Below the pieces are notes generated by a model that saw only the letters and a list, made by a program, of their open reading frames with translations, was not told the DNA's origin and made no database searches. DNA of 51,391 nucleotides from Armatimonadota bacterium (GTDB lineage Bacteria; Armatimonadota; UBA5829; DTLH01): positions 1-51,391 of the forward strand of contig JBDKUN010000002.1 in NCBI GenBank assembly GCA_039679675.1, in the 5' to 3' direction. Position 1 is the first letter of the stretch. Every line of letters starts with the position of its first letter. Shown here piece after piece: positions 38,196-47,900 of the stretch. The translations under genes and the position numbers were made by a program.

Positions 38196-39914
38196 TTGAG
38201 GTTGTATGTTTTCGCTCTATGCCTGGGGCTGCTGATGCTAGGCTCAGTCTGCTTAGCATCAGACATGACAATAGCTGATGCTAAGCAGTTGAAGGATGAT
38301 GTATCGGTAACATTGTCAGCTAAAGTTATTACCTATACTGGCACAGGTTTCTTCTACATAGAAGAAGACACAAAATCTATGGGTATCAAGGTCGAAAAGC
38401 CGACTCATGGGTTGAAAGTCGGGATGAGGGTTGACGTCACTGGCACGATAGAGACCGATACCAGCAGGGAACGATACATTCTGGCTGACAGTGCAGTCCA
38501 AACTGCAGCGCCCAATGCTACAGGCACGATAGCTTCTCTTGGAATGAGTAACGGCACGGTTGGTGGAGGCCCTTGGTGTGTTTCCGGGACAGGCGGACAA
38601 GTAGGTATTACCAAGGCAGCAGGTCTGAACAATATTGGTCTCCTCATAAAAACCTGGGGAAAGTTTCGTAAACTTAGCGATACGACATTTTCGATAGATG
38701 ACGGTTCGGGATCACCCATCCAATGTACTGTTCCGACTGGGACATTCCTTTATTCCGGTTGGCAGTATGTTGTTGTAACCGGAATAAGCTCGATCTCCAA
38801 GTATAGCGCCACTACTTATCCGTCCAATATTCTGGTGCGGGATATTGACGTATTGCAGCCTGTGGAAGCAGTTTCCACTCCCGGCACACCTTCTGGCAAT
38901 ACAAACCCTGATGTAAATGTTACCCAAACATATTCGACTACGGAATCAACATGCAGCCAGGGGCATACTGTAGAATACAGCTTCAACTGGGGTGACGGCA
39001 CATCAACGGACTGGTCTACGTCAACAAGTGCTTCACATTCGTGGAGTACAACCGGCGAAAAGGCTGTCACGGTTACTGCACGATGCCAGGCTCATAACTG
39101 TGTTACAGCAACTTCGGCTCCACTGACAGTTAACCCAACTCAAGGTTCGTATACGGGCGAGATGATTTATATTCCTGCTGGTAACTGTCTGATAGGAACT
39201 AATAATACTGACTATCGTGCGGAGTATCCTCAGCACTCTGTTTACCTATCGGACTATTACATAGGAAAATATGAAGTAACCAGAGGAGAGTATAGGGCCT
39301 TTATGAACGCCGGCGGATATAGCAACGCGGCTTACTGGTCGAGCGATGGATGGAACTGGAAGGTTTCAAAGAATAAAACAGAGCCCGAGTATTGGTCTAG
39401 CACACAATTGCTTCCAGATGGCCCTGTCTATATTCAGACAGATAGTTCTCCTGTAATTGGGGTGACTTACTATGAAGCCGAGGCATTCTGTAACTGGGCA
39501 GGCGGTCATCTGCCAACGGAGACTCAGTGGGAGAAGGCTGCAGGATGGACAGGCAGTTGCCAAAACTTGTTTCCATGGGGGGATACCTGGGATAGAGAGA
39601 AGTGCAACAATTTTTATGATCAAAACATAGCAGGTGGTGGATATTGTGCTCAACAGCCTGCTCCGGTGGGCAGCTATTTATGCGATGTGAGTTCATACGG
39701 TTGCTATGATATGGCTGGAAACGTAATGGAATGGTGTCAGGACTGGTATAAAACCTACACTGGATGTATAGATCCGATTGACTATACAAATATTTATCGG
39801 GTTATACGCGGCAGTAGCTGGGAGCACGACGAATACTGCGCCCGTTGCACATTTCGCACCTACGGCGATATGGGTGCCAAACTTAGTTACATCGGGTTCC
39901 GCATGGCTCGCTAG
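38196..39914 (+). CDS. Exported SUMF1/FGE-sulfatase-domain protein with PKD-like domain
   Basis: Signal peptide; FNWGDGT; IGKYEVT..Y, LPTETQWEKAA, DMAGNVMEWC, IGFR. Confidence 0.88.
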   Translation: MRLYVFALCLGLLMLGSVCLASDMTIADAKQLKDDVSVTLSAKVITYTGTGFFYIEEDTKSMGIKVEKPTHGLKVGMRVDVTGTIETDTSRERYILADSAVQTAAPNATGTIASLGMSNGTVGGGPWCVSGTGGQVGITKAAGLNNIGLLIKTWGKFRKLSDTTFSIDDGSGSPIQCTVPTGTFLYSGWQYVVVTGISSISKYSATTYPSNILVRDIDVLQPVEAVSTPGTPSGNTNPDVNVTQTYSTTESTCSQGHTVEYSFNWGDGTSTDWSTSTSASHSWSTTGEKAVTVTARCQAHNCVTATSAPLTVNPTQGSYTGEMIYIPAGNCLIGTNNTDYRAEYPQHSVYLSDYYIGKYEVTRGEYRAFMNAGGYSNAAYWSSDGWNWKVSKNKTEPEYWSSTQLLPDGPVYIQTDSSPVIGVTYYEAEAFCNWAGGHLPTETQWEKAAGWTGSCQNLFPWGDTWDREKCNNFYDQNIAGGGYCAQQPAPVGSYLCDVSSYGCYDMAGNVMEWCQDWYKTYTGCIDPIDYTNIYRVIRGSSWEHDEYCARCTFRTYGDMGAKLSYIGFRMAR

Positions 39915-39954
39915 GCTCCATTAGGGAAGATATAGAAAAAAGAAAGTTAGTATA

Positions 39955-39984
39955 AAAGCCCTCTGGTAAGTATCAGAGGGCTTT
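39955..39984. terminator. Bidirectional terminator
   Basis: AAAGCCCTCTG...CAGAGGGCTTT. Confidence 0.7.
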
Positions 39985-39986
39985 AC

Positions 39987-40556
39987 TTATCCCGGATTGG
40001 CTCTAGAGGACGCTGTAATGATGGCTGCCGTGACAATGCCTGTAGGCACAAGCCACAGAACCAGGCTCGACCAGCGATTACGGACAAATCTAGCTCCGGC
40101 AACAGTGGAAAGCGGTCCCAAGAGAAGAGGCGAAAACACCGCGAACCAAACCAGATTCGTACGGGCTGACTGCATTTCGTGCGCATAGCCGATTCCCATA
40201 ACCGAATACAAGGGAGATGCGGCGATCAACCAGCCAATAAGGCAGGACATGAACGTTGCTCTAGATTCGGTGCCGATAAGGAACCCCACTGTGCTGCAGA
40301 TAAATGGCAGCAGATAGATTGGATTCAGGTTGTGCTTGCCGGATGACGAGATTATGCATAGGATGACCAACAGGATCCATACTGCGTAGCCGCATATGCC
40401 GCCAAGCAGCCCTGCGACCAGCCCACTAACAGTGCGTGGCGACGTTTTGGGCGGATTTGGGTCCTCCTGCACGAGCAAGCTCCCGCAATCGGCACAGTAT
40501 TCGATTCCTGAAACATATTCGGACTTACACTGCGGACACCAGGGCATCTCATTCAC
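39987..40556 (-). CDS. Zinc-ribbon membrane protein, tandem paralog 1
   Basis: MPWCPQCKSEY...YCADCG N-terminus followed by several hydrophobic helices. Confidence 0.75.
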   Translation of the reverse strand: MNEMPWCPQCKSEYVSGIEYCADCGSLLVQEDPNPPKTSPRTVSGLVAGLLGGICGYAVWILLVILCIISSSGKHNLNPIYLLPFICSTVGFLIGTESRATFMSCLIGWLIAASPLYSVMGIGYAHEMQSARTNLVWFAVFSPLLLGPLSTVAGARFVRNRWSSLVLWLVPTGIVTAAIITASSRANPG

Positions 40557-40768
40557 CTCGATTAAGAATTTCCAGGTATTACTTGAAACGCTTCCGAAAG
40601 ATATTTAACTGTATATACGGCCAAAAACCCATAGATTTGGAATCCAGGAAGAAAAATGGACCCTGAACTTGATTCAGGGTGATGTCCTCCCATCAATTAT
40701 AGCGTGTTGGTTATTCAGTTCGATGTATCGCTTATTAAGAATGAACTGTTATAAACATCGCTCGCGTA

Positions 40769-41341
40769 CTATATAAAATCGACCATATTGGATGCCGTAA
40801 TGATGGCTGCTGTGACAATGCCTGTAGGCACAAGCCATAAAGCCAGGCTTGACCAGCGATTACGGACAAATCTAGCTCCGGCAACAGTCGAAATTGATCC
40901 CAGTAAAAGTGTGGAAAATAGCGCGAAGCAAAATAGGCCTATAGAAACTGCAGGCCGCCCATCCGCATAACTAAGTAATATAATCACGGATAGAGGAGAG
41001 GCAGTGATCAACCAGCCAATAAGGCATGGCATGAAAGCCGCGTTGGACTTCATGCCGATGAGGAATCCAGCAGTGCTGCAAATGAAGGGTAATGAGCAAA
41101 TGAATATGGTTCTACCTAAGTAGGATGGATCAATCGCATATAATAAGATAGTGAACAATACCCATACTATCCAGTCAGATATGCCGCCAAGCAGCCCTGC
41201 GACCAGTCCGCTGATAGGACGTGGCGCCGGTTTGGGCGGATTTGGGTCTTCCTGTACGAGCAAACTTCCGCAATCGGCACAGTATTCGATTCCTGAAACA
41301 TATTCGGACTTACACTGCGGACACCAGGGCATCTCATTCAC
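40769..41341 (-). CDS. Zinc-ribbon membrane protein, tandem paralog 2
   Basis: Same N-terminus and near-identical C-terminus as paralog 1; diverged middle. Confidence 0.75.
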   Translation of the reverse strand: MNEMPWCPQCKSEYVSGIEYCADCGSLLVQEDPNPPKPAPRPISGLVAGLLGGISDWIVWVLFTILLYAIDPSYLGRTIFICSLPFICSTAGFLIGMKSNAAFMPCLIGWLITASPLSVIILLSYADGRPAVSIGLFCFALFSTLLLGSISTVAGARFVRNRWSSLALWLVPTGIVTAAIITASNMVDFI

Positions 41342-41469
41342 CTCGATTAGAAGATCATTGTATCTATGACCAGCAGGCGAGCAGACTTTGTTCCAATGTG
41401 CTCGATATGAGGATGTATAAATATTCTTGGCACAGGGTCAAACAAGGAAGAAGTATATAAAAGAGGGAG

Positions 41470-41517
41470 TGGTCGGGGCGGCGGGATTTGAACCCACGAC
41501 TTCCTGCTCCCAAAGCA
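41470..41517 (-). other. 3' half of tRNA-Pro(TGG): att-site duplication marking the island's left boundary
   Basis: Reverse complement TGCTTTGGGAGCAGGAAGTCGTGGGTTCAAATCCCGCCGCCCCGACCA gives anticodon arm through CCA; no D-arm or 5' acceptor strand adjacent; integrase next to it. Confidence 0.88.
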
Positions 41518-41682
41518 TACCGCAAGAATTTAAGGGTGTCAAGCCCGTTTTACGCACAAATCGGCCCGGTTTTAGACCGGAAAATCAAGCGGTTTTCGGC
41601 AAAGCATGTGCGCAAGTTTCCGCATAAAAACCATAAAAACAGGCGCGCAGGTTACAATAGACTGGCACTAGAAAGGCATAAA

Positions 41683-42639
41683 GTGTCAAGTAAACAAATT
41701 GCGTCAAACCTAACCGAAGACCTCGACTCAGCTATCGAGGCTTTTATGAATGTCTCGCGGGCGAAGGGACTTACCCCTCAAAGCCTAAGTTACTACAGTG
41801 AGAGGCTAAAAGCTTTCAAGAAATATACGGACATGAAATCTCCGGGGATAAAGCCGAAAGACGTTACCCCGGCCTTTATCCGCCAATTTATCCTAAATAC
41901 CCTGAAGATAGACTCAGCCGCGACAGCGAACCATAACCGGGCGCTTGTCTTTCGACTCTTTCAATTTCTTTTAGAAGAAAAGCTTATTCCTGAAAACCCG
42001 GCGGCAAGCGTCAAGAAACTAAAGGAACCAAGACCTGTAATAGAGACATTTACAGAGGAACAGATCAACAGTCTCCTCGCAACATGCGATACGTCAACCT
42101 TTGTAGGCTTAAGAGACAAAGCACTCTTTCTTACTCTATATGACTCCGGTCTCAGGATAACGGAGGCATTAACACTCTCTCTGTCAGACGTAGACTGGAC
42201 TCAGCAGATATTCAAAGTCATGGGAAAAGGACAGCAAGGGAGGTTCGTGCCGTTCGGACTCGAAGTAAGAAGAATCCTGACCAGGTATCTCGCCCACCGG
42301 GAGGGTATTGAGGGGGCTGATAATCTTTTTATAACCTGCTACGGCGAGAAAATGAAACGTGGATCAGTCCTTGATATAGTCAAAAGGCGTGCCAAAAAAG
42401 CGCATATATCAGGCGTCCGGGCAAGTCCGCATACTTTCAGGCATACGTTTGCCGTCCAATACCTGCGAAACGGCGGGGACGTATTCTCACTCCAGAGGAT
42501 ACTCGGACACTCAAGCCTTACTATGACAAGGAGGTATGTGGACTTCTGCCAGGAGGACATTATAAAAACCCACAGGAAGGCAAGCCCCGCCGATAACTTG
42601 GGTTACAAAGAGAAGACCGGGAGGACACGGATAAGATAG
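41683..42639 (+). CDS. int: Tyrosine recombinase/integrase (XerC-like)
   Basis: SGLRITE, MGKG, PHTFRHTFA, LGHSS, RRYV; likely GTG start at 41683 after GAAAGG. Confidence 0.93.
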   Translation: MSSKQIASNLTEDLDSAIEAFMNVSRAKGLTPQSLSYYSERLKAFKKYTDMKSPGIKPKDVTPAFIRQFILNTLKIDSAATANHNRALVFRLFQFLLEEKLIPENPAASVKKLKEPRPVIETFTEEQINSLLATCDTSTFVGLRDKALFLTLYDSGLRITEALTLSLSDVDWTQQIFKVMGKGQQGRFVPFGLEVRRILTRYLAHREGIEGADNLFITCYGEKMKRGSVLDIVKRRAKKAHISGVRASPHTFRHTFAVQYLRNGGDVFSLQRILGHSSLTMTRRYVDFCQEDIIKTHRKASPADNLGYKEKTGRTRIR

Positions 42640-42713
42640 CGAGGGGAGGCGCGGGGTAATTCCCATGCCTCCCATATCAATTACCGCCGCGCTTGGTATC
42701 CCTGAGATAACAT

Positions 42714-43937
42714 TTACGGTTTGAATATGCGCCTGCTTCCCATATCTGTGCCGTCTTCATTTAAGAACTTGGAAAAAAAGGAGGTTTTTTGTGGAATACT
42801 AGACCACACGGTTGCCTCTATTTCGTTAGCAGCGCGTTTGTAGTCCTTATGCATTATTCGACGGTCTGAGTAGTGCCACTCCGGGTATTGCCTATTCCAT
42901 TCTTCCAACAGCGTATTCCAGGTAGGACGTTTTCCTGCTGTATTTGTAGCCCTGGCGACAAACTCCAGCAGTTTGAGGTTTCTTTCTCGCGGCCTCCCCA
43001 TTCTGTTTCCACCAGGATTGAACTCCTGCTGTGCCTGCCTGATAAGAGTTTTCGCAGTATCCGCAGGCAGCCAGGGGGCTATCTCTGCATTAATTACGAC
43101 ACGTCCTCTCTCAGAAAACGAATAAACCCCAGCGGTTACTTTGCAAGCTAATATACTCGGTATTTTGCCTGTCAATACAAACCACGCGGCTTCAGCTTCG
43201 TCCCAGTAGTAATACCTCGCCAAATCCGACGCTTTGTAACTCAAATACTCCAATACCGAGTGCGGCCAAGTCTCTATTCTCTGCGGCAATTCCGCAAGGG
43301 GAGGAAGCCATAAGAGTGTATTGTGGTCTTCGCCGGAACACTCGTCTAGATCACAACGTTTATGGAAAACTCTTTCAGCCCCCAGTGAGTCAATATGCAG
43401 CGTCACGGCCTGACATTCTGACTTAAAATCATAGCCACAGTGGATTACTTCTACAGCGTGCCTCCAGTTTGAAATACCGAGGTCACTAAAGTTAGGGCAA
43501 GGTATGTATATGTTGACGGGCGCATTGACAAAATGGATAGCATTTTCCTCACTAAGAACTTCTCCGCCCAGAAACATTTCCCGGAACATAACTACACAAG
43601 GGTCTCGTGCTGCAAGCATACCAAAGTGTTCCGTCATTGCTTCAATCCTCTGTGTCTCATAACTACCGAGGACACTGGCTGACGGGCAAAACTCTTGAAG
43701 GTTGTTTTTTGTCCTTCGTCCTGGCGATATTGCCCCTTGTTCTAAGCGGGAAGCTTTGCGAAGTAATGACAACATTCGCCTCGCCCCAAGAACCATATAA
43801 TTAAAACCACTGTCGCGGGCAATCGCGTCACTTACATATTCCTCTTCTTCAAGCTGTTCCCATATCACGTCAAACACACCGTCTGACACTTTGAGTTTCT
43901 TTCTTAGCCTTTCTTGAATTGTATCTTCTAAATCCAT
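42714..43937 (-). CDS. Hypothetical protein, possible island regulator
   Basis: 407-aa ORF with GGAG SD, divergent from the HTH/primase operon; helical C-terminus TWNTLLEEWNRQYP. Confidence 0.65.
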   Translation of the reverse strand: MDLEDTIQERLRKKLKVSDGVFDVIWEQLEEEEYVSDAIARDSGFNYMVLGARRMLSLLRKASRLEQGAISPGRRTKNNLQEFCPSASVLGSYETQRIEAMTEHFGMLAARDPCVVMFREMFLGGEVLSEENAIHFVNAPVNIYIPCPNFSDLGISNWRHAVEVIHCGYDFKSECQAVTLHIDSLGAERVFHKRCDLDECSGEDHNTLLWLPPLAELPQRIETWPHSVLEYLSYKASDLARYYYWDEAEAAWFVLTGKIPSILACKVTAGVYSFSERGRVVINAEIAPWLPADTAKTLIRQAQQEFNPGGNRMGRPRERNLKLLEFVARATNTAGKRPTWNTLLEEWNRQYPEWHYSDRRIMHKDYKRAANEIEATVWSSIPQKTSFFSKFLNEDGTDMGSRRIFKP

Positions 43938-44044
43938 TAAATCTCCAATGTAACCATATGGAAGTATGTGTAATGGTTACGTGTATAATAATTAGTATAT
44001 CTTGATTGACCAAATAGTGTCAATAGTTAAACGGAGGAATACTA

Positions 44045-44260
44045 ATGAATTATTTAATGAATACAACCAGTATGGTTTCAATGTTTGGTGTCCACCCGTC
44101 AACACTCAAGAGACTTGAGAGAAAAGGGATTCTCCAACCCCTGCGTGGGATAGCCAACGCACGCTTGTATTCAAAAGAAGACGTCCGAAGGTTGTATGAA
44201 TACCTACAACCAAAGCCTGTGGAGAAAGCTAAGAATCAGAGAATCGAGGTAGAGAAGTAA
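44045..44260 (+). CDS. MerR/AlpA-like HTH protein (excisionase or activator)
   Basis: FGVHPSTLKRLERKGILQP.R...RLYSKEDV; GGAGG SD; TAATG coupling to the primase. Confidence 0.8.
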   Translation: MNYLMNTTSMVSMFGVHPSTLKRLERKGILQPLRGIANARLYSKEDVRRLYEYLQPKPVEKAKNQRIEVEK

Positions 44261-46626
44261 TGTTTGAAGAAAATAGCCACCCGGCTGAAAATGAGACTTC
44301 AGAGGTGGCTGGAAATAGTAACAGTGATATTATAACGGACTCGTCCGATATAGTCAATCCGGCGTCAAAATTAGAACACGCCATTGCCCTTGCTGAGGCG
44401 GGACTCTATGTCTTCCCCCTTCACTCGCCGGGAGGAGAAGGTTGTACCTGTGGGAAACCCGATTGCACAAGTGTAGGGAAGCACCCGATCACAAGTGGTT
44501 GGCAGAATATAGCTACACGCGACCCCGAAGAAATAAAAGGTTTGTGGGGTAAATACCCGGAAGCAAATATAGGCATAGTCAGCGGGGAGAAATACGATAC
44601 CTTCGTCTTGGATATTGACGGCCAGGAGGGGGAAGCTTCCCTTTTCAACCTCGAAATAGGGAACGCAAAACTTCCGGTAACTTGGACTTCAGTGACAGGA
44701 AATGGGAAACACTTGATTTACAGCTACCCAAAGGGAAGAAACCTTAGAAACAAGACAAGGTTTCGCACCGGCCTTGACTGTAGGTCAGACGGCGGTCTTA
44801 TTGTAGGGCCGGGAAGCCTCCACGCAAGCGGCAGCGTGTATAAATGGGAGGAAGGTAAAAGCCCTTCTGATATAGAAAAGGCTGAACTCCCCACTTGGAT
44901 TATCGATATAATCGAGTCCTCTGCGGCGAGGGGCAAAGGCGGAGGGTTCTCATTAGATACCCCGCACGAACCACCTGAAGCGCCATACAACAGTTGTTAC
45001 TACTGGCTTGAAAAGGCACTTGAGAAAGCGAAAGAAGGCAACCGCAATGACACGGGCTTTTGGCTGGCAGGACAGCTTCTCGACAACATATATCAATTCG
45101 AGAAAGACGAAGAGTCACTTCTTGAGGTTATGTGCCACTATGCCAGAACCCTCAAGAAAGGGGATAGCCCCTATCGCGAATCTGAAGCTGTTGCCAGTTT
45201 CTACTCGGCACTTAACTACCGGCTAATAAACGGCTTCCGCCAGCCCGCAGGGAAGCGTTTCAAACCTATCCCTTGCACTGACAATGGTAACTCAGAGAGA
45301 TTTGTGAGAGACCACGGAAAGGACGCCCGGTATGTCACGAAGTGGAAAATGTGGATACTATGGGACGGCACGCGCTGGGTCTTAGACGAAACCAGTAGGG
45401 TTGAAATATTGGCGAAACAGACGGCAAGAGGAATCCACAGAGAGGTGGAATTCTATAAGGGTGACGAATTATCGGGAGAACGCAGCCGGATACTCAGGTG
45501 GCAAGCAGCTTCCGAGTCGAAAAACCACTTAGATAATATGATAAGCCTTGCACGGCCCGAACTCGCTATCAAACCGGAGGAACTCGACAGCGACCCAAAC
45601 CTCCTTGCTGTGAAAAATGGGATACTCGATCTTAGGACTGGGGAACTACTAGAACCTCACAGAGAGAACCTAATAACCAAACAGGTTCCAGTTACCTATG
45701 ACCCGGAAGCTAAGTGTCCTGAGTTTTCAACGTTTCTTGAGACTGTAGTCCCGGACGAGGAAGCAAGGCAATTTATCCAGACTGCTGTAGGATACAGCCT
45801 TACCGGAATCACTTTAGAACAGTGTCTTTTCTTCCTCTATGGGGAGGGGAGAAACGGTAAATCGACTTTCATAGAGACGATAAGCAGCCTCCTTGGAGAC
45901 TACTCCGCAAAGACACGAAGCGAAACACTTATGATTAAGCGAAACGGGGACGTCTCGGACGACATAGCGGCGCTTCGCGGCGCGCGCCTTGTGACTGTAT
46001 CAGAGATTTCTGACGGGCAACGGCTTAATGAAGGACGTATGAAGGATATTACCGGGGGAGACAGAATCTCCGCAAGGTTTCTTTACGGTAAATGGTTTGA
46101 GTTTAACGTAGGGTTCAAACTCTGGTTTTACGGCAACCACAAGCCCACGATCAAGGGAAAAGACGAAGGAATTTGGCGAAGGATCAGACTCATACCCTTT
46201 ACAGTCCAGATACCTGAGGACAAGTGCGATAAGAACCTGAAAGAGAAACTCTATAACGAACTCCCTGGCATACTTAACTGGGCACTGGAGGGATTGCGGC
46301 GGTGGCATAAAGAGGGTTTCAAAACACCCAAAGCCGTGGCTTCGGCCACAAAGGAGTATAAGGCCGGAGAAGATTCCCTCTCCAACTTTATGGAGGATTG
46401 TTGTGTGCTGGGAAAGGATAAGTTTGTCACTAAAGCTGATATGTGGACAGCCTATATCTTGTGGGCTAATAGAAACGGCGAGGAAATATATGAAAAACGA
46501 AACGACTTCCAAAAGGAACTTCTGCGACACCCAGGGATCAAGGAGGAAAGAAGCAATACCGCAAGGTGGTGGAAGGGGATCGACCTCACCGCTGAATGGA
46601 AGAAAGAAATCGAAGGTAGGAGATAA
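44260..46626 (+). CDS. Bifunctional primase-polymerase fused to a P4/D5-family helicase
   Basis: Prim-Pol motifs GKHP, ANIGI, VLDID, GKHLIY, GGLIVGPGS; PriCT EGNRND; TDNGNSERF; Walker A GEGRNGKST; ITGGD; IWRRI. Confidence 0.93.
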   Translation: MFEENSHPAENETSEVAGNSNSDIITDSSDIVNPASKLEHAIALAEAGLYVFPLHSPGGEGCTCGKPDCTSVGKHPITSGWQNIATRDPEEIKGLWGKYPEANIGIVSGEKYDTFVLDIDGQEGEASLFNLEIGNAKLPVTWTSVTGNGKHLIYSYPKGRNLRNKTRFRTGLDCRSDGGLIVGPGSLHASGSVYKWEEGKSPSDIEKAELPTWIIDIIESSAARGKGGGFSLDTPHEPPEAPYNSCYYWLEKALEKAKEGNRNDTGFWLAGQLLDNIYQFEKDEESLLEVMCHYARTLKKGDSPYRESEAVASFYSALNYRLINGFRQPAGKRFKPIPCTDNGNSERFVRDHGKDARYVTKWKMWILWDGTRWVLDETSRVEILAKQTARGIHREVEFYKGDELSGERSRILRWQAASESKNHLDNMISLARPELAIKPEELDSDPNLLAVKNGILDLRTGELLEPHRENLITKQVPVTYDPEAKCPEFSTFLETVVPDEEARQFIQTAVGYSLTGITLEQCLFFLYGEGRNGKSTFIETISSLLGDYSAKTRSETLMIKRNGDVSDDIAALRGARLVTVSEISDGQRLNEGRMKDITGGDRISARFLYGKWFEFNVGFKLWFYGNHKPTIKGKDEGIWRRIRLIPFTVQIPEDKCDKNLKEKLYNELPGILNWALEGLRRWHKEGFKTPKAVASATKEYKAGEDSLSNFMEDCCVLGKDKFVTKADMWTAYILWANRNGEEIYEKRNDFQKELLRHPGIKEERSNTARWWKGIDLTAEWKKEIEGRR

Positions 46627-46672
46627 CTTGAACGGAAGGTAAGGCTGTCTATTTACTCTCCTTCCACCCGCA

Positions 46673-46776
46673 GGGGGGTGACGGGCGTGACGCAGTTACA
46701 GACTTCTTTTCTATATAAAATAAATATTTATAAGTTATCATAATATGCGTCACCAGCGTCACCTCCGTCACCCCCC
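46673..46776. other. Putative replication origin: inverted iterons around an AT-rich core
   Basis: GTGACG at 46678 and 46687; AT-rich 46704-46746; CGTCAC at 46748, 46757, 46766 (9-bp period); directly after the primase gene. Confidence 0.75.
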
Positions 46777-46874
46777 TCGCAGCGAGGAGAGACCCCTAAC
46801 CCAAAACAAGCAAGTCACCCTGCCGGGAGGAGATTTATTCAATGTCTGTAATTACTAAAGGAGAACTATCCAGT

Positions 46875-47189
46875 ATGAGAAAACAACAGGTTAACAACTG
46901 AAAACTGCGTGGAGGAAGCAGTGGAAAGGGCTTTTTGCCAGGCATAAGCGGAAATCCGAATGGCAGGCCGTCCATACCCAAAGACTTGAGGGAAGCCGCA
47001 AAAGAGTATACCTGGGAAACGCTTGATACTATCCGGTCTATCATGGAGGACGTAACTTCTCCCCCAAATGTGCGCCTGCGCGCCGCCGAGGTTCTCCTAG
47101 ACCGTGGGTGGGGCAAAGTTGCGGAATACGTCCACCAGGAGGAAAAAGAAGACGACGACAAACGTTTTCTTGTTGTTTTGGATAGATAG
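46875..47189 (+). pseudogene. DUF5681 / terminase-small-subunit-like gene with in-frame TGA at codon 9
   Basis: AAAGGAG, then ATG 46875 MRKQQVNN*KLRGGSSGKGFLPGISGNPNGRP...RLRAAEVLLDRGWGK; TGA at 46899-46901 is in frame with the tracked ORF. Confidence 0.6.
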
Positions 47190-47200
47190 AAGGGACTGTT

Positions 47201-47512
47201 ATGAAAAATACGTCAACGATACGCGAAACGGAAACGCAGGCGAAGCTAAGGCAACAAGCATGGGAAGCGGTTTGTGAGGTGGCTTGCGCCCTTAAGGAAA
47301 TAGCTGCGGGTGTAAACACAAACCACAAAGACCGCCAGAAGGCCGAGAGACTTTTGCACATAATTGAAGCAGAAAACGGAGGCGTGGGGCAGCACAAGCG
47401 CCAGAACCGGCTTCTAGGGGCATTTCTGTGGATTCTGGAGGGGCGAATGGGTGAGGCAGATTCCTCTCACTTCGTCCGCCCCTCTGCGTTATTTGGCAGC
47501 AATATAAGCTAA
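47201..47512 (+). CDS. Hypothetical protein
   Basis: 103-aa ORF with AAGGGA SD just after the TerS-like gene. Confidence 0.5.
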   Translation: MKNTSTIRETETQAKLRQQAWEAVCEVACALKEIAAGVNTNHKDRQKAERLLHIIEAENGGVGQHKRQNRLLGAFLWILEGRMGEADSSHFVRPSALFGSNIS

Positions 47513-47698
47513 AAGGCCAACCGGAAGCCAGCCAATTACCGTTTTTCCGCACTGACACCTGTCTGGTATGCCGTATTTACCGATAAACCGTAAATACAGA
47601 TTGTCTCCAGCTTCGTCGCTTATGAGATAAAAGACCGGTTGGAGTATTGCTACCTTGAACATAGCTAACCGCCTTTTTAGTTTTAATATAAACGGCAT
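47489..47698 (-). CDS. Hypothetical small protein
   Basis: 69-aa ORF with AAGGGA SD downstream of the HTH gene. Confidence 0.35.
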   Translation of the reverse strand: MPFILKLKRRLAMFKVAILQPVFYLISDEAGDNLYLRFIGKYGIPDRCQCGKTVIGWLPVGLLAYIAAK

Positions 47699-47723
47699 TC
47701 TTATCCCTTCTTTCTATCTGTTT

Positions 47724-47900
47724 CTACCCTCCCTTGCGGGCGGACTCGATAAAGGCTTCAACGTCTTTACTGCGGAAACGGTAAGTCCTATACCCAATGT
47801 GGACTGCTGGCAGTTTCCCCTCACGCACAAGTTTGTGCAGAGTGGTTCGGCCTATCCTAAGCATTTCCATTACTTCTTTGGGTGTAAGGAGTTCTTCCAT
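47724..47900 (-). CDS. Excisionase-family (HTH_17) protein, 58 aa, missed by the ORF track
   Basis: Own translation MEELLTPKEVMEMLRIGRTTLHKLVREGKLPAVHIGYRTYRFRSKDVEAFIESARKGG; AGGA SD. Confidence 0.85.
   Translation of the reverse strand: MEELLTPKEVMEMLRIGRTTLHKLVREGKLPAVHIGYRTYRFRSKDVEAFIESARKGG

Noticed and set aside
39780..39914. FGE/C-type-lectin C-terminus as a DGR variable region
   Set aside because: No template repeat and no reverse transcriptase in the window.
41470..41560. Intact tRNA-Pro gene
   Set aside because: Similarity stops at the anticodon stem; no D-arm or 5' acceptor strand, so it is an att fragment.
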